A stretch of DNA of 64,000 bases from the IMG/VR virus record IMGVR_UViG_3300033402_000312; one strand, written 5' to 3'. Position 1 is the first letter of the stretch; each line of letters begins with the position of its first letter. The position numbers and the translations under genes are program-made. The stretch comes from a virus. The notes beneath the pieces were generated by a model, which saw only the letters and a list, made by a program, of their open reading frames with translations, did not search any database and was not told where the DNA came from. Positions 44,385 to 53,982 of the stretch are shown here, piece by piece.

Positions 44385-47300
44385 ATGCGCTGGTATCACG
44401 GCACAAGTCGGCAGAACGCCAAAAAAGCCCTCAAGGAGGGCATTCTCAAGCCGGGGGAGGACTCCATTTATGACGTGGACGTCCCGCGAGATGATGCCGT
44501 ATACATAACTTCGGAATACCAAATCGCCAAATACTACGCTGAAGAGCATAGTTGGCAGGGCAAAGGCGGCGTGGTCTTGGAGGTTGCCGCCAACGAAGGC
44601 AGCTTGATGCCTGACGAGGACGCAATTTACGACGCCCTGCATGAGGGCGCTGTGGTGCTGGGCGAGAAAAGCAGCAAAAAGCTGGGGCAGGCGATCCGCA
44701 AGGCATGGCTGAGGCACTGGAAGTCCATCGAAGGCGAAGGCGACACGTTCGAAGAGGCATGGGAAGCGTGGGGGAATGTGGAAGCCGAGGGTTCGTCGGG
44801 GATCGCCGAAGAGATGAAGGAACTGACTGAGGAAATCCATAGGGAGAACCCGGCTCTGTCCAAGGCTATCATCGAAGCCAGCGGCAAAGCTGCGCACATC
44901 GGGCCGGTGAAGGTCATGGGCATCGCCAAGAAGCAAACCGCAAAACCGGACCTGTCAAACGATCAAGAGCCTCTGGAGGCGGCGCGGCAAATGCTTGCGG
45001 AGCTTGGCGGAAACGAGAAACTCTGCGGAAAAAGCAAAGTCGTGCATGGGTATTGGATCGAGACCCACACGCTGGGATGCCGCAACGCCGCAGACGAGCC
45101 GGAAAGCGAGTGGGAAGCCAACCACAAGCGCATCAGGGACGAATACGCCAACGACGGCGTCAGTATCGTCCTGGACGACAAGAATTCCAGCAACTTCGCG
45201 ACGGTGACCCCGCAGTCCAAGACCGCAGCCAAGAAGGTCAGGGTCGTCAAGACTCCGGGCTTCATGATCGAAGTGCCGCAGGAACGTCGCAAGACGTTTT
45301 TCATCCGCCCGAAGACCCCGCTGGAGTACTGGGCTTTCAAGAACCGCCCCCGCGTCTTCGTGAACGAGCCGCTTATCTTCACGTTCGGCGGAAAGCCCGT
45401 GGCGGAAGCTGTAGCCGTGAGGGTCGAGGCCCCCGGTCGCGGCGAGGGCGAGTACAGGCACTGGCACAAGGTGTACTGGAAGCCCACGAGCTTCAAGAGG
45501 TTCCGTATAACTGCGTCTGAGCGACCCGGAGTGTTGTACCACATCAGCCGCCGCACCAACCGCCAGTCCATCCTGAAGAACGGACTGCTGCCGTTGCTCA
45601 AAGAGTACAAGGATGTAGAGCGTGCGCCGGGAATCTATTTCTTCCAGAGCATCGACGCCGCGAAGGACTACGGCTTCTACCACGCGCAGCATGTCAACCA
45701 AGCTCTCGACATCTGGGAATGCCGCATCCCCGAAGGCTACGAGGTGCGCCATGACCCGCACCCGGAGATGGACGAGTTCGATGCGTGGATGAGCCATGAG
45801 CCGCTGCCCCCGGAAAACCTGAAAGTCGTGGACACGATCCTCGTGCCGAAGTCCACTGCCGACGCGCCTCCTCCCTACAAGAGCCAACGCGGCGACAAAT
45901 TCAAGAGAATGTATGAAGAGCGAGTCCGGGAATTTGCTTACCGGGGCAAAGGTGCTGCTGGGAAACCAGTTCCATGGAAGTCCGACCTGCTGCGCTGGGA
46001 CAGGCTCACCGCGTGGGAAGACAGGAACACCGCGAACGACGATGCCGAGTACACATCCGAGGAGATCGAGGAGAAGTACAGACTCGCGCCGCCCAGCGAG
46101 ACGCGCAGGGGCGTCAACGCCGCGCTGCTCAAGTCCGCCAAGGCTAATTTCCCGACCTTCGAGCAGGTGATCGACAAAAAGACCGACACGAACAACGAGT
46201 TCGAGATTGACATGTGGAAGGGCGAGGAACTGGGAAACAGGCGCAAAGAGTACGACGAGTTGCTCCGGCAAATGAAGGCGCTGAAGTTCCCGCTCACGGT
46301 GTACCGCTGCTTCGCGCTCAAAGAGGGCGAAAAGATCGACTACAGCAGCCTCGGCGGCTCGTGGTCTCTCAACAGCCGGGCAGCGTACTTGGTTTCCCAC
46401 GAACTGTTTCCCGACGACGAGGGCTACGACTACAAGACCGTCGCGGGCACCATCCAAAGCCCGGATGCCGTGGACTGGCTCAACACCATGCGTGCCTGGC
46501 TGACCTTGCCGGACGAGGAGGAGATCAGGCTGAAGCCCGGCGCGAAAGTCGGGGTCCGGGGGAAGACCCGCACCGCAACCGGCAAAAAATTCTATCACGG
46601 TACGAAAAAGAAGAACCTTGACGACATCCTGAAAAACGGTTTGAAGGTCGAGATGTCCGAGGCGCACACCGAATGGGGCAGGGCAATCTACCTAGCGTGC
46701 GATGCCTACACCGCCGCGAACTACGAGGGCATGCACGGAGGCGGCGAGCCGTGGGCGATCCTTGAGATCGACGGCAGTAAGCTGAACGAATACTACATGC
46801 GCCCGGACGACTACGACTTCCCCGACCTCTGGGAACAAGCAGGGCGCAAGGAGAACTGGGCGCACCAGACATGGCAGACGAGCCTCAAGGTGTCGTGCCA
46901 GATCGCCTATCTCGCCGACATCCCGGCAAGCGCCATCAAGGTGCATCCGTACAAAAAGAACAATGTTCCGGCAAAAAATACGCAAAAAGAGTTTCTCGAC
47001 AGCCACACCGTGGAGCAGGTCGCGGAGCACTTCGGCATCACGCCCGCAGCCGCAGCCAAGGCGAAATCCGAGGGCATAGTGAAGAAAGCCGATATGACCG
47101 AAGACCCCGACTACTACATGACAGAAGGCTGCGGCATCTGGGCGGTGGACTTCGCCCGGAAGAACGGCGGGGAGATATACATCCTGTCGGCGGAGCGCGG
47201 CGAGGAGTGGAGCGAGGAAATCCCGTACGAGGTCACGCACGCCTTCGTGAAGAAGGACGGCAGGACCTACGACGTCCGGGGCGAGCGGACGCCCGACAAG

Positions 47301-50300
47301 ATGGCCTGGGAGCTAAGCATGGGCGAGTACACCGTCAAGGGGCCGTGGACGCCCGACGAGTTCGAGGCCAAGTTCATGGGCAGCACCGACGATAAGCCGC
47401 TGTTCGGCAAGGAGAGTGCCAAGACCGCGACGATGCCCCCTCGCGGGCGGTTTATGTGGCACGTTACCCCAATGCGTAACGTACCCTCGATCAAAAAGAA
47501 CGGGCTGATTCCGCAAGTGGGCGAACGCAGCGCCGAAGGGGGCGAGAAGCCAGGCATCTTCCTCTTTCCGACAAAGCAAGGAGTAGAGGATGCCCTTACT
47601 GGATGGCTCGGCGAATCCTTTGAGAACACTCCCGAGGAACTGGCTATCGTTGAAGTAGCTGTGCCAGAAGATGTTCAAATGGAGGATTCCACTGATTACA
47701 CCACTCAGTTCGAAGTGGTCATCCGTCAGCCGTTGCCAGCGAACTACATCCGCAGGATATACACGGAAAAAGAGTTCGAAGACCACCTTGCCCGAATTGC
47801 CTCCAAGACCGCCGACAAGGTCATCGGCGTGGGCGAAGGGGACGAGTACTGGGCGGGAGAGGGCAACGCCGCGTCCGGCGTGCTGCCCGTGTGCCCGAGC
47901 AAGGGCACGGTGTGCCTCGCGTGGAGAAGCCCCTATGTCATGAGTCCCGACTGCTGGGGCACCATCGGCGGGGCGGTCAAGAAAGGCATGAGTCCGCAGC
48001 AGAGCGCGAAGACCGAGATGGCGGAGGAGACGGGGTACCACGGCGGGATCAGGCTGATTCCCGCGTACACTTTCTTGGATCGCGGCTTCAAGTATTTCAA
48101 CTTCGTCGGCGTGGTGCCGAACGAGTTCCCGTTCAGCCCCGGCGAAGGGCACGGCTGGGAGACCGACCACATCGCGTGGGTGCCCTACGAGCAGGTCGTC
48201 AAGGACATGCAGGAGAACCCCGGCGACTACCATCCCGGCTTGCTCAAGCTGTTCGCCAACTCCAAGGACGCCATCGAGCGAGCGCTGAAGATCAAAAAGC
48301 AAGGAGCCATTAAGACTGCCTCTATTGATACCAACGGTTGGATCACCCCCGATGGAGACTGGGAACCGCTGGAAGACGGAGAAACTCATGTCAACGCAAT
48401 CCAACGCCTGCTAAATCGCGACGATGTTTTTGAAAAAGATGGATTGAAAGAAGGATATATCCGAGTTCATTACCAGGATTACGTGCCCGGTCAACCCATC
48501 GAAGCCTACTTTCTTTGCGAAAAACGCACGTCACACAATTTTGCCTTGGTCAGGGAAGCGATCCATGATTTGCCGTCTCAGACTAAGCAAGTAGCGGTCG
48601 TGTTCAAACATCCCGAAGATTATCAAACATACACGTTTGAGGAGGCACTGGAGGATTTCCCCCGCCGTGCTGTTTTCGCGGCCGAGAAGCAAAGCGCCAT
48701 CGTGAGACGCGGCGCGTTCGACCCGTTATGGATGAAGCGCTGGGTCGAGGGCGGCTGCTGGCTGTTTGCGCTGGCTTTGCAGCCTCTCATCCCCGGCTCG
48801 GTGTTCGTCGGTCTCGCTAGAGAAGGCGAAGTCCTTGAGCACGTCGGCGTGCGCAAGGGTGACAGGTACTACGACGTGCGCGGGGAGATGGACGAGACCG
48901 AGTTCAACTACGGAGCCGACTCCGAGGTTCCTCTCCATATCGTGCCCGTGGACTACGAGCAGGTGATGAGGGACGGGGAGTACGGAAGCTGGCTCGGGCA
49001 CGAGGACGAGTTCGAGACCCTGCCGGAGATGCAGGCGGCTAAGGAAGCTGTGCAGAAAGTATTCGGCAAGGGCAAGACCGCAGAAGTCAACCCAACAGCC
49101 CCACCGCCAAGTTCCAGCCGCCTCCCGTGCCCCAGCGGCAAGCGCAAGTTCTACGACGAAGTGTCGGCAATCGGCCCCCACAAGCAGTGGAGCAAGGGCA
49201 CGCCGAACCTCCGCGCCTACAAGTGCCCGATATGCGGCTGGTGGCACCTGACGAGCAAGCCGCAAAGAGTGACGGCGAACCTCCATGGGATGGGGACGTT
49301 CTATCACGGGACATCATGGGCAGAGGCAGACCAAATCAAGGTCGAGGGCCTCAAAGCCCACCCATGGGCTTTCAACGACAAATCGTACGTCTGGTGTACG
49401 CTGATCGAGCAGCTTGGCATCAGCTATGGGGAATCCAAAACGGAGAATAGCTCAGAACCCGGATACGTCGTAAGCTTCGAATGGGATTACGACCAAACGG
49501 AACCCGACCCCGAGCATGGGGAAGAGTATGAGGACGTATATCGTCGCATCGAGGGCGACGTGCCAGCCTCCGCCATCACCGGCATCAACTATTACGCCCC
49601 GGATCACAGGCTTGTGAAGACAGCAGCCGGGCAGAAGCAGGCGGATGCCGCCTTGAACGACTTCTTGGCAGGCAGGATTTCCAAGGAAGAGTACAAGGCG
49701 ATGCTCTCAGGGGAAAGCCAGCCGGAGCAGGCACCGCAGCAACAGCACTTGTTCCCGTCTTCGCAAGACGCAAAGTTCAAAGCTTGGTTCGACGGCTCGA
49801 AGGTCGTGGACAAGAACGGGAACCCGATGCCTGTGTACCACGGCACGCGCTCATCCGTGGAATTCGAGGAGTTCAGCGTCGAGGGCCCGCCACAAACAGA
49901 TTCATACGAAAATGAAACCACGTCTTCCGGCTCCGGTGCAGACCCGACCGCGTTCCTCGGCGCTCACTTCGCTGAGGAAACAAACGTCGCCAACCTGTTT
50001 GCCGAGGGCAAGGGCTGGACGGGCGTCCGCTACGAGGGGGAGCAGCCCAAGCCCCGCGTGATACAGGTTTTCCTGCGGATCACGAATCCGAAGGACTTCG
50101 GCAGCGAGCACAACCTGCGCGAGTTCATTAACCAAGGCAAAATCGCCGACGATGAGGTGACCAATCTCGTTATGGAAAATCGTGACGGGATTAACTATTG
50201 GGAGCCAGAGCAAGAACAAGCGGCGCAGGAGTGGGGTGAAAAGTATGAGAACGATCAAGCCTTCCGCACTGAAGTCAACCGTTACCTGTGGGAGCAGCAT

Positions 50301-53300
50301 AGCACGGGATCAGAATACGAAGGTGAACAGGACAGGTTAAATTCCGCTGCCTACGATCTCGCTATGCAGGCACGGAATCGTCTGACCACCGCTGGTTATG
50401 ATGGGGTTCGCTATAAGAACGTGGTCGAGGGCGGTCACGCATGGATCGCGTTCGCGGCGAACCAGATCAAGAGCGTCTATTCCCAGTTCAACCCGAAAGA
50501 CCCAAGCTTCACCGCTTCCAAAGACGCAGCAACCCATACGCCAGAATATGCGCAGAAACTTGTGGAAGCGCTGAAGCAGACCGTCACGGACGCAGACTTC
50601 CGGGTTATCGGCTCCGTGGGAGCCGGGCAAGAATCCGAGAACGACATTGACATCATGGTGGACATTCGCCCGGATGCCGCCTTTAAGGACGATCAAGCTT
50701 GGATCGACACCAGCGGCCTGACCGGGGCGATGAAGCTGCTGGGCTTCGACTACCTCGGGCCGTCCGATTTCGCACCGGGGGAAAGCGCGGAGAAGTCCGA
50801 GGCGAGCGGCAAATACCTCGACCCGGCAGGCTCCGGCGTCGAGAAGTTCTTCAACCCGACGACATACCACACGGTCGAGTTCTGGTTCACCGAGTCCGGC
50901 ATGCCGAAGGAAGCGGATTGGAGGAGCAAGTACGTGCTGCCGACAGCCCTTGCGTTGGGTCTCGGCGCTCCGTCCAGCGTGCACCCCGACGAAGTGACTC
51001 CGCAGCAAATCGAGCAGGTGCGCGAGGAGCAGGCGAAAAAGCGGATCGACGCCCTCGTCGAGGCGATCTCCCGCGCCGAGGGCGCTAAGCCGGAACTCAA
51101 CAACCCCGGCAACCTCGTGGACTTCAACACGGGCAAGATCAGGACGTTCGATTCGTGGGAAGAGGGCCGCAACGCGTTGGCTGAGCAGCTTGAGCGCATC
51201 GCTGACGGCGACCACCCGAACATCAAGCCCGACATGACGCTGCGCGAAGCCGGGCTGGTCTACAGCAACGGCGACCCGAACTGGGCGAAAAACGTCTCGC
51301 GCATCATGCGCGTGCCGGAAACCATAAAGATGCAAGAACTCGTCCGTGGACGCACGGAAGAGGCGGGCGTGGCTGCGACGCCTTCCGGCAAGATAGGATG
51401 GCTCAGGAAGGCTGCGGGCTTCGCGTTCAAGTCCTTCAAGAAGCTCTGGCACGTCGGCAGCATGAACCCCAAGGACAAGCGGCCCGGCTCGCTGGAGGGC
51501 GTCGGTCTCAGCGTGAGCGTACATCCCGAGGAGTGGAAAGGGATCGCGGAGATCGGCGGCCCGACATGGGAACTGACCAAGCCGGGCAACAAATTCCTGA
51601 ACTTCTACCGCCTCAGCAAGACGCAGCGCAAGCAGATCGCCGTGTGGGGCGTCGCGAACGGCTATGCCACCGAGGTCGCCATCGGCTGGCGCTGGTATTT
51701 CACGGACGCCGAGACCGACGAAGAGCGCTACATGGAGTTCGAGACCGAGCAGGAAGCCCAAGAGGAGATGGAAGGTCAAGGCATAGGCGAGGTGCGCCCG
51801 GCGAAAGGCTCCAGCATGAAGGGCACGGAAAAGCTCAAGCAGCGCACCAAGAACCCGAAGGCGGACGATATGGTCGTCGCCTTCGACTTGCTTGTCACCG
51901 TGTATGCCGAGGATGAGCTTGACTGCGACGGCGTCTGGTGGGAAGACATCTTCGATCCCGCCTCCCTGTCCGCGCCTCGCGGCGTAATATTCCCTGGAAA
52001 ATTGTCATCATGGAAAAAGAAGAAGGTCGAAGAAGTAGATGACGAAGGTGCTGCACCGATCAATAGGGAAATCGATATGCTGGAGCAGGAGATCAAAAAA
52101 CACGGCGACCCCACCGGAATGCTGACTGATCACCTGAAAATGCTCAAGCAGAAAAAGTCCGGCGCAGCGAAGACCGCAGCTAGGCTTGCTGCCTACGACC
52201 CAGCCCGTGCCGCGCAATTTTCTGTTAGGGTTATCAAACATCCCACCAACCCCAACATGTTTGATGTGCGAGCCGTGGACGTAGGTAAGGGGTGGGCGGG
52301 GACGGTTTCCGTTACACAGAAAGGCAAGGATTTCTATGTCACTCAGTCTGTGCTTTACAAGCCCTACCAAGGCATTGGTTTGGGGTCCCGCTTGTACGCC
52401 TGGGCGATGGATGAGGCCGAAAAGCGGGGCGGTGAACGTTTTTGGTCTGACGTAGAAGTCAGCTTGGACGCTCAAAAGATTTGGGAACGGTTGGACGCCG
52501 GTTTTGATGAAGAAAGCGGGAGATTTTTTATCCCGTTGATGGCCACGGTCAAAACCGCAACCGCAGAGTTCTTCCGGGACTCGAACGGGGTGCTGTGGGC
52601 GAAAGACCCCGCGCTGTCGCCGAACCCCGTCTCCATCCCCAACCGAATCCCTGAGGGCGAGCGCGAAGCCTACGTCGCCGAAAAGCTGAGGCAGCAGGGC
52701 GAGATGGACGCTGCCCTTAAAACTGAACGGGCGAAAAAGAACCCGGCGAAAAAGAACCCGTGGCAAGAGTGGAACCACGGGCTTGGTACAGTTGACCCAA
52801 CGGAGGTCGTCAAGAAGCTCGAAGCGGAAGGCAAGGAAGTCAAGGTGCGGCTCATCCCCTTGGGCTATTACAAGATTTGGTTCAGGGACAAGACCGCAGC
52901 GAAACCCAAGCCCAGCCCGACGCAGGTCGCCGCGCTGCAAGGCATGGCTGCGGGCGACGGCACCATTCACCGGGAGAAGGGCGGCTTCTGGATTTGGGGC
53001 GACTACATCGTCGGTTGGGACAGTCTTGGATTGCCTATCTTCAAAGGCGAGGAGGAAGGCAGGCATCTTGAGCCGCGCCCGTGGGTTGACATCCGCACCG
53101 TGCGGGCGATGGAGTCTCGCGGCTGGGTGAAGCGCACGAACAAATTTCCTGAAGAGTGGAGAGATAACCGTAAAATAACGGACGCTGGGCGTGCGCTCAT
53201 CGCAGGCAAGACTGCCGATCTTGACGAGGATGATGACATTTATGACCAGCCTGTTGAGTACTTTGCCCACAGTGCGTGTTGGCTTTACGCCTTCGCGCTG

Positions 53301-53981
53301 CACAAACTCACAGGGCTGCCGATGGTATCAATCTCTGATCCCCACGAAGGTGTTATTCATGCCGCCGTCGAGCGTGAAGGAAAGCTTCTGGACTCTAAGG
53401 GCGAATTCACGCTTAAGCAAATCGGAAAACGCTATGGGCTGAAAAACCCGTTCACTCTTCCGTTGACCGAAGAAGGTGTGGAGTATTTTTACGGCATCAA
53501 CGAGCACGAGCTTGAACGGGCGATGGAAGTTGCCCGCGAGCAGGTCAAAAAGCTGGGCATTAAGACCGCAGCGGCAGAAATCTACCTGTACCACGGCACC
53601 TCGGAAGACAACTGGAACGCGATCATGGAAGCCGGGGGTGTGGTTCCCGCTGGAAGCTGCTGGGGCACCGAGCGGGTAGCCGAATACTACGCAGAGGACC
53701 GCGCTGAGGCGCAGACGAACGACGCCATCTACAACGAATTGGGCACGCGGGTTGAGGAGGCTATCATCCGCGTCCCGCTTTCGCGGTTCGACGAGACGAA
53801 CCTCAAGCCGGACGGCAACTCCGTCGCGGAGCCGTTGACTTTCACCTTGCAGCGTAGCGAAGAAGACCTTTATGCTGACTGGCAGAAAGCCGGGGGCACA
53901 TGGCAGGATTCGCTCCGCATCTACGAATCCGTGCGCTACGACGCGCCCATGAAAGTCACCAAAAAAGACCGCTACGTATAG
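44385..53981 (+). CDS. giant polyvalent multidomain protein 2 (about 3,198 aa)
   Basis: Start MRWYHGTS one codon after the previous stop. Seven YHGT-type ART/Tpt1-like modules. Three Cys/His modules (GCGIWAVDFA, GGCWLFALAL, SACWLYAFAL). Nudix (WGTIGGAVKKGMSPQQSAKTEMAEETGY). MNT nucleotidyltransferase (GSVGAGQESENDIDIMV). Possible GH73-like (AEGAKPELNNPGNLVDF). GNAT (QGIGLGSRLYAW). Confidence 0.85.
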   Translation: MRWYHGTSRQNAKKALKEGILKPGEDSIYDVDVPRDDAVYITSEYQIAKYYAEEHSWQGKGGVVLEVAANEGSLMPDEDAIYDALHEGAVVLGEKSSKKLGQAIRKAWLRHWKSIEGEGDTFEEAWEAWGNVEAEGSSGIAEEMKELTEEIHRENPALSKAIIEASGKAAHIGPVKVMGIAKKQTAKPDLSNDQEPLEAARQMLAELGGNEKLCGKSKVVHGYWIETHTLGCRNAADEPESEWEANHKRIRDEYANDGVSIVLDDKNSSNFATVTPQSKTAAKKVRVVKTPGFMIEVPQERRKTFFIRPKTPLEYWAFKNRPRVFVNEPLIFTFGGKPVAEAVAVRVEAPGRGEGEYRHWHKVYWKPTSFKRFRITASERPGVLYHISRRTNRQSILKNGLLPLLKEYKDVERAPGIYFFQSIDAAKDYGFYHAQHVNQALDIWECRIPEGYEVRHDPHPEMDEFDAWMSHEPLPPENLKVVDTILVPKSTADAPPPYKSQRGDKFKRMYEERVREFAYRGKGAAGKPVPWKSDLLRWDRLTAWEDRNTANDDAEYTSEEIEEKYRLAPPSETRRGVNAALLKSAKANFPTFEQVIDKKTDTNNEFEIDMWKGEELGNRRKEYDELLRQMKALKFPLTVYRCFALKEGEKIDYSSLGGSWSLNSRAAYLVSHELFPDDEGYDYKTVAGTIQSPDAVDWLNTMRAWLTLPDEEEIRLKPGAKVGVRGKTRTATGKKFYHGTKKKNLDDILKNGLKVEMSEAHTEWGRAIYLACDAYTAANYEGMHGGGEPWAILEIDGSKLNEYYMRPDDYDFPDLWEQAGRKENWAHQTWQTSLKVSCQIAYLADIPASAIKVHPYKKNNVPAKNTQKEFLDSHTVEQVAEHFGITPAAAAKAKSEGIVKKADMTEDPDYYMTEGCGIWAVDFARKNGGEIYILSAERGEEWSEEIPYEVTHAFVKKDGRTYDVRGERTPDKMAWELSMGEYTVKGPWTPDEFEAKFMGSTDDKPLFGKESAKTATMPPRGRFMWHVTPMRNVPSIKKNGLIPQVGERSAEGGEKPGIFLFPTKQGVEDALTGWLGESFENTPEELAIVEVAVPEDVQMEDSTDYTTQFEVVIRQPLPANYIRRIYTEKEFEDHLARIASKTADKVIGVGEGDEYWAGEGNAASGVLPVCPSKGTVCLAWRSPYVMSPDCWGTIGGAVKKGMSPQQSAKTEMAEETGYHGGIRLIPAYTFLDRGFKYFNFVGVVPNEFPFSPGEGHGWETDHIAWVPYEQVVKDMQENPGDYHPGLLKLFANSKDAIERALKIKKQGAIKTASIDTNGWITPDGDWEPLEDGETHVNAIQRLLNRDDVFEKDGLKEGYIRVHYQDYVPGQPIEAYFLCEKRTSHNFALVREAIHDLPSQTKQVAVVFKHPEDYQTYTFEEALEDFPRRAVFAAEKQSAIVRRGAFDPLWMKRWVEGGCWLFALALQPLIPGSVFVGLAREGEVLEHVGVRKGDRYYDVRGEMDETEFNYGADSEVPLHIVPVDYEQVMRDGEYGSWLGHEDEFETLPEMQAAKEAVQKVFGKGKTAEVNPTAPPPSSSRLPCPSGKRKFYDEVSAIGPHKQWSKGTPNLRAYKCPICGWWHLTSKPQRVTANLHGMGTFYHGTSWAEADQIKVEGLKAHPWAFNDKSYVWCTLIEQLGISYGESKTENSSEPGYVVSFEWDYDQTEPDPEHGEEYEDVYRRIEGDVPASAITGINYYAPDHRLVKTAAGQKQADAALNDFLAGRISKEEYKAMLSGESQPEQAPQQQHLFPSSQDAKFKAWFDGSKVVDKNGNPMPVYHGTRSSVEFEEFSVEGPPQTDSYENETTSSGSGADPTAFLGAHFAEETNVANLFAEGKGWTGVRYEGEQPKPRVIQVFLRITNPKDFGSEHNLREFINQGKIADDEVTNLVMENRDGINYWEPEQEQAAQEWGEKYENDQAFRTEVNRYLWEQHSTGSEYEGEQDRLNSAAYDLAMQARNRLTTAGYDGVRYKNVVEGGHAWIAFAANQIKSVYSQFNPKDPSFTASKDAATHTPEYAQKLVEALKQTVTDADFRVIGSVGAGQESENDIDIMVDIRPDAAFKDDQAWIDTSGLTGAMKLLGFDYLGPSDFAPGESAEKSEASGKYLDPAGSGVEKFFNPTTYHTVEFWFTESGMPKEADWRSKYVLPTALALGLGAPSSVHPDEVTPQQIEQVREEQAKKRIDALVEAISRAEGAKPELNNPGNLVDFNTGKIRTFDSWEEGRNALAEQLERIADGDHPNIKPDMTLREAGLVYSNGDPNWAKNVSRIMRVPETIKMQELVRGRTEEAGVAATPSGKIGWLRKAAGFAFKSFKKLWHVGSMNPKDKRPGSLEGVGLSVSVHPEEWKGIAEIGGPTWELTKPGNKFLNFYRLSKTQRKQIAVWGVANGYATEVAIGWRWYFTDAETDEERYMEFETEQEAQEEMEGQGIGEVRPAKGSSMKGTEKLKQRTKNPKADDMVVAFDLLVTVYAEDELDCDGVWWEDIFDPASLSAPRGVIFPGKLSSWKKKKVEEVDDEGAAPINREIDMLEQEIKKHGDPTGMLTDHLKMLKQKKSGAAKTAARLAAYDPARAAQFSVRVIKHPTNPNMFDVRAVDVGKGWAGTVSVTQKGKDFYVTQSVLYKPYQGIGLGSRLYAWAMDEAEKRGGERFWSDVEVSLDAQKIWERLDAGFDEESGRFFIPLMATVKTATAEFFRDSNGVLWAKDPALSPNPVSIPNRIPEGEREAYVAEKLRQQGEMDAALKTERAKKNPAKKNPWQEWNHGLGTVDPTEVVKKLEAEGKEVKVRLIPLGYYKIWFRDKTAAKPKPSPTQVAALQGMAAGDGTIHREKGGFWIWGDYIVGWDSLGLPIFKGEEEGRHLEPRPWVDIRTVRAMESRGWVKRTNKFPEEWRDNRKITDAGRALIAGKTADLDEDDDIYDQPVEYFAHSACWLYAFALHKLTGLPMVSISDPHEGVIHAAVEREGKLLDSKGEFTLKQIGKRYGLKNPFTLPLTEEGVEYFYGINEHELERAMEVAREQVKKLGIKTAAAEIYLYHGTSEDNWNAIMEAGGVVPAGSCWGTERVAEYYAEDRAEAQTNDAIYNELGTRVEEAIIRVPLSRFDETNLKPDGNSVAEPLTFTLQRSEEDLYADWQKAGGTWQDSLRIYESVRYDAPMKVTKKDRYV

Positions 53982-53982
53982 G

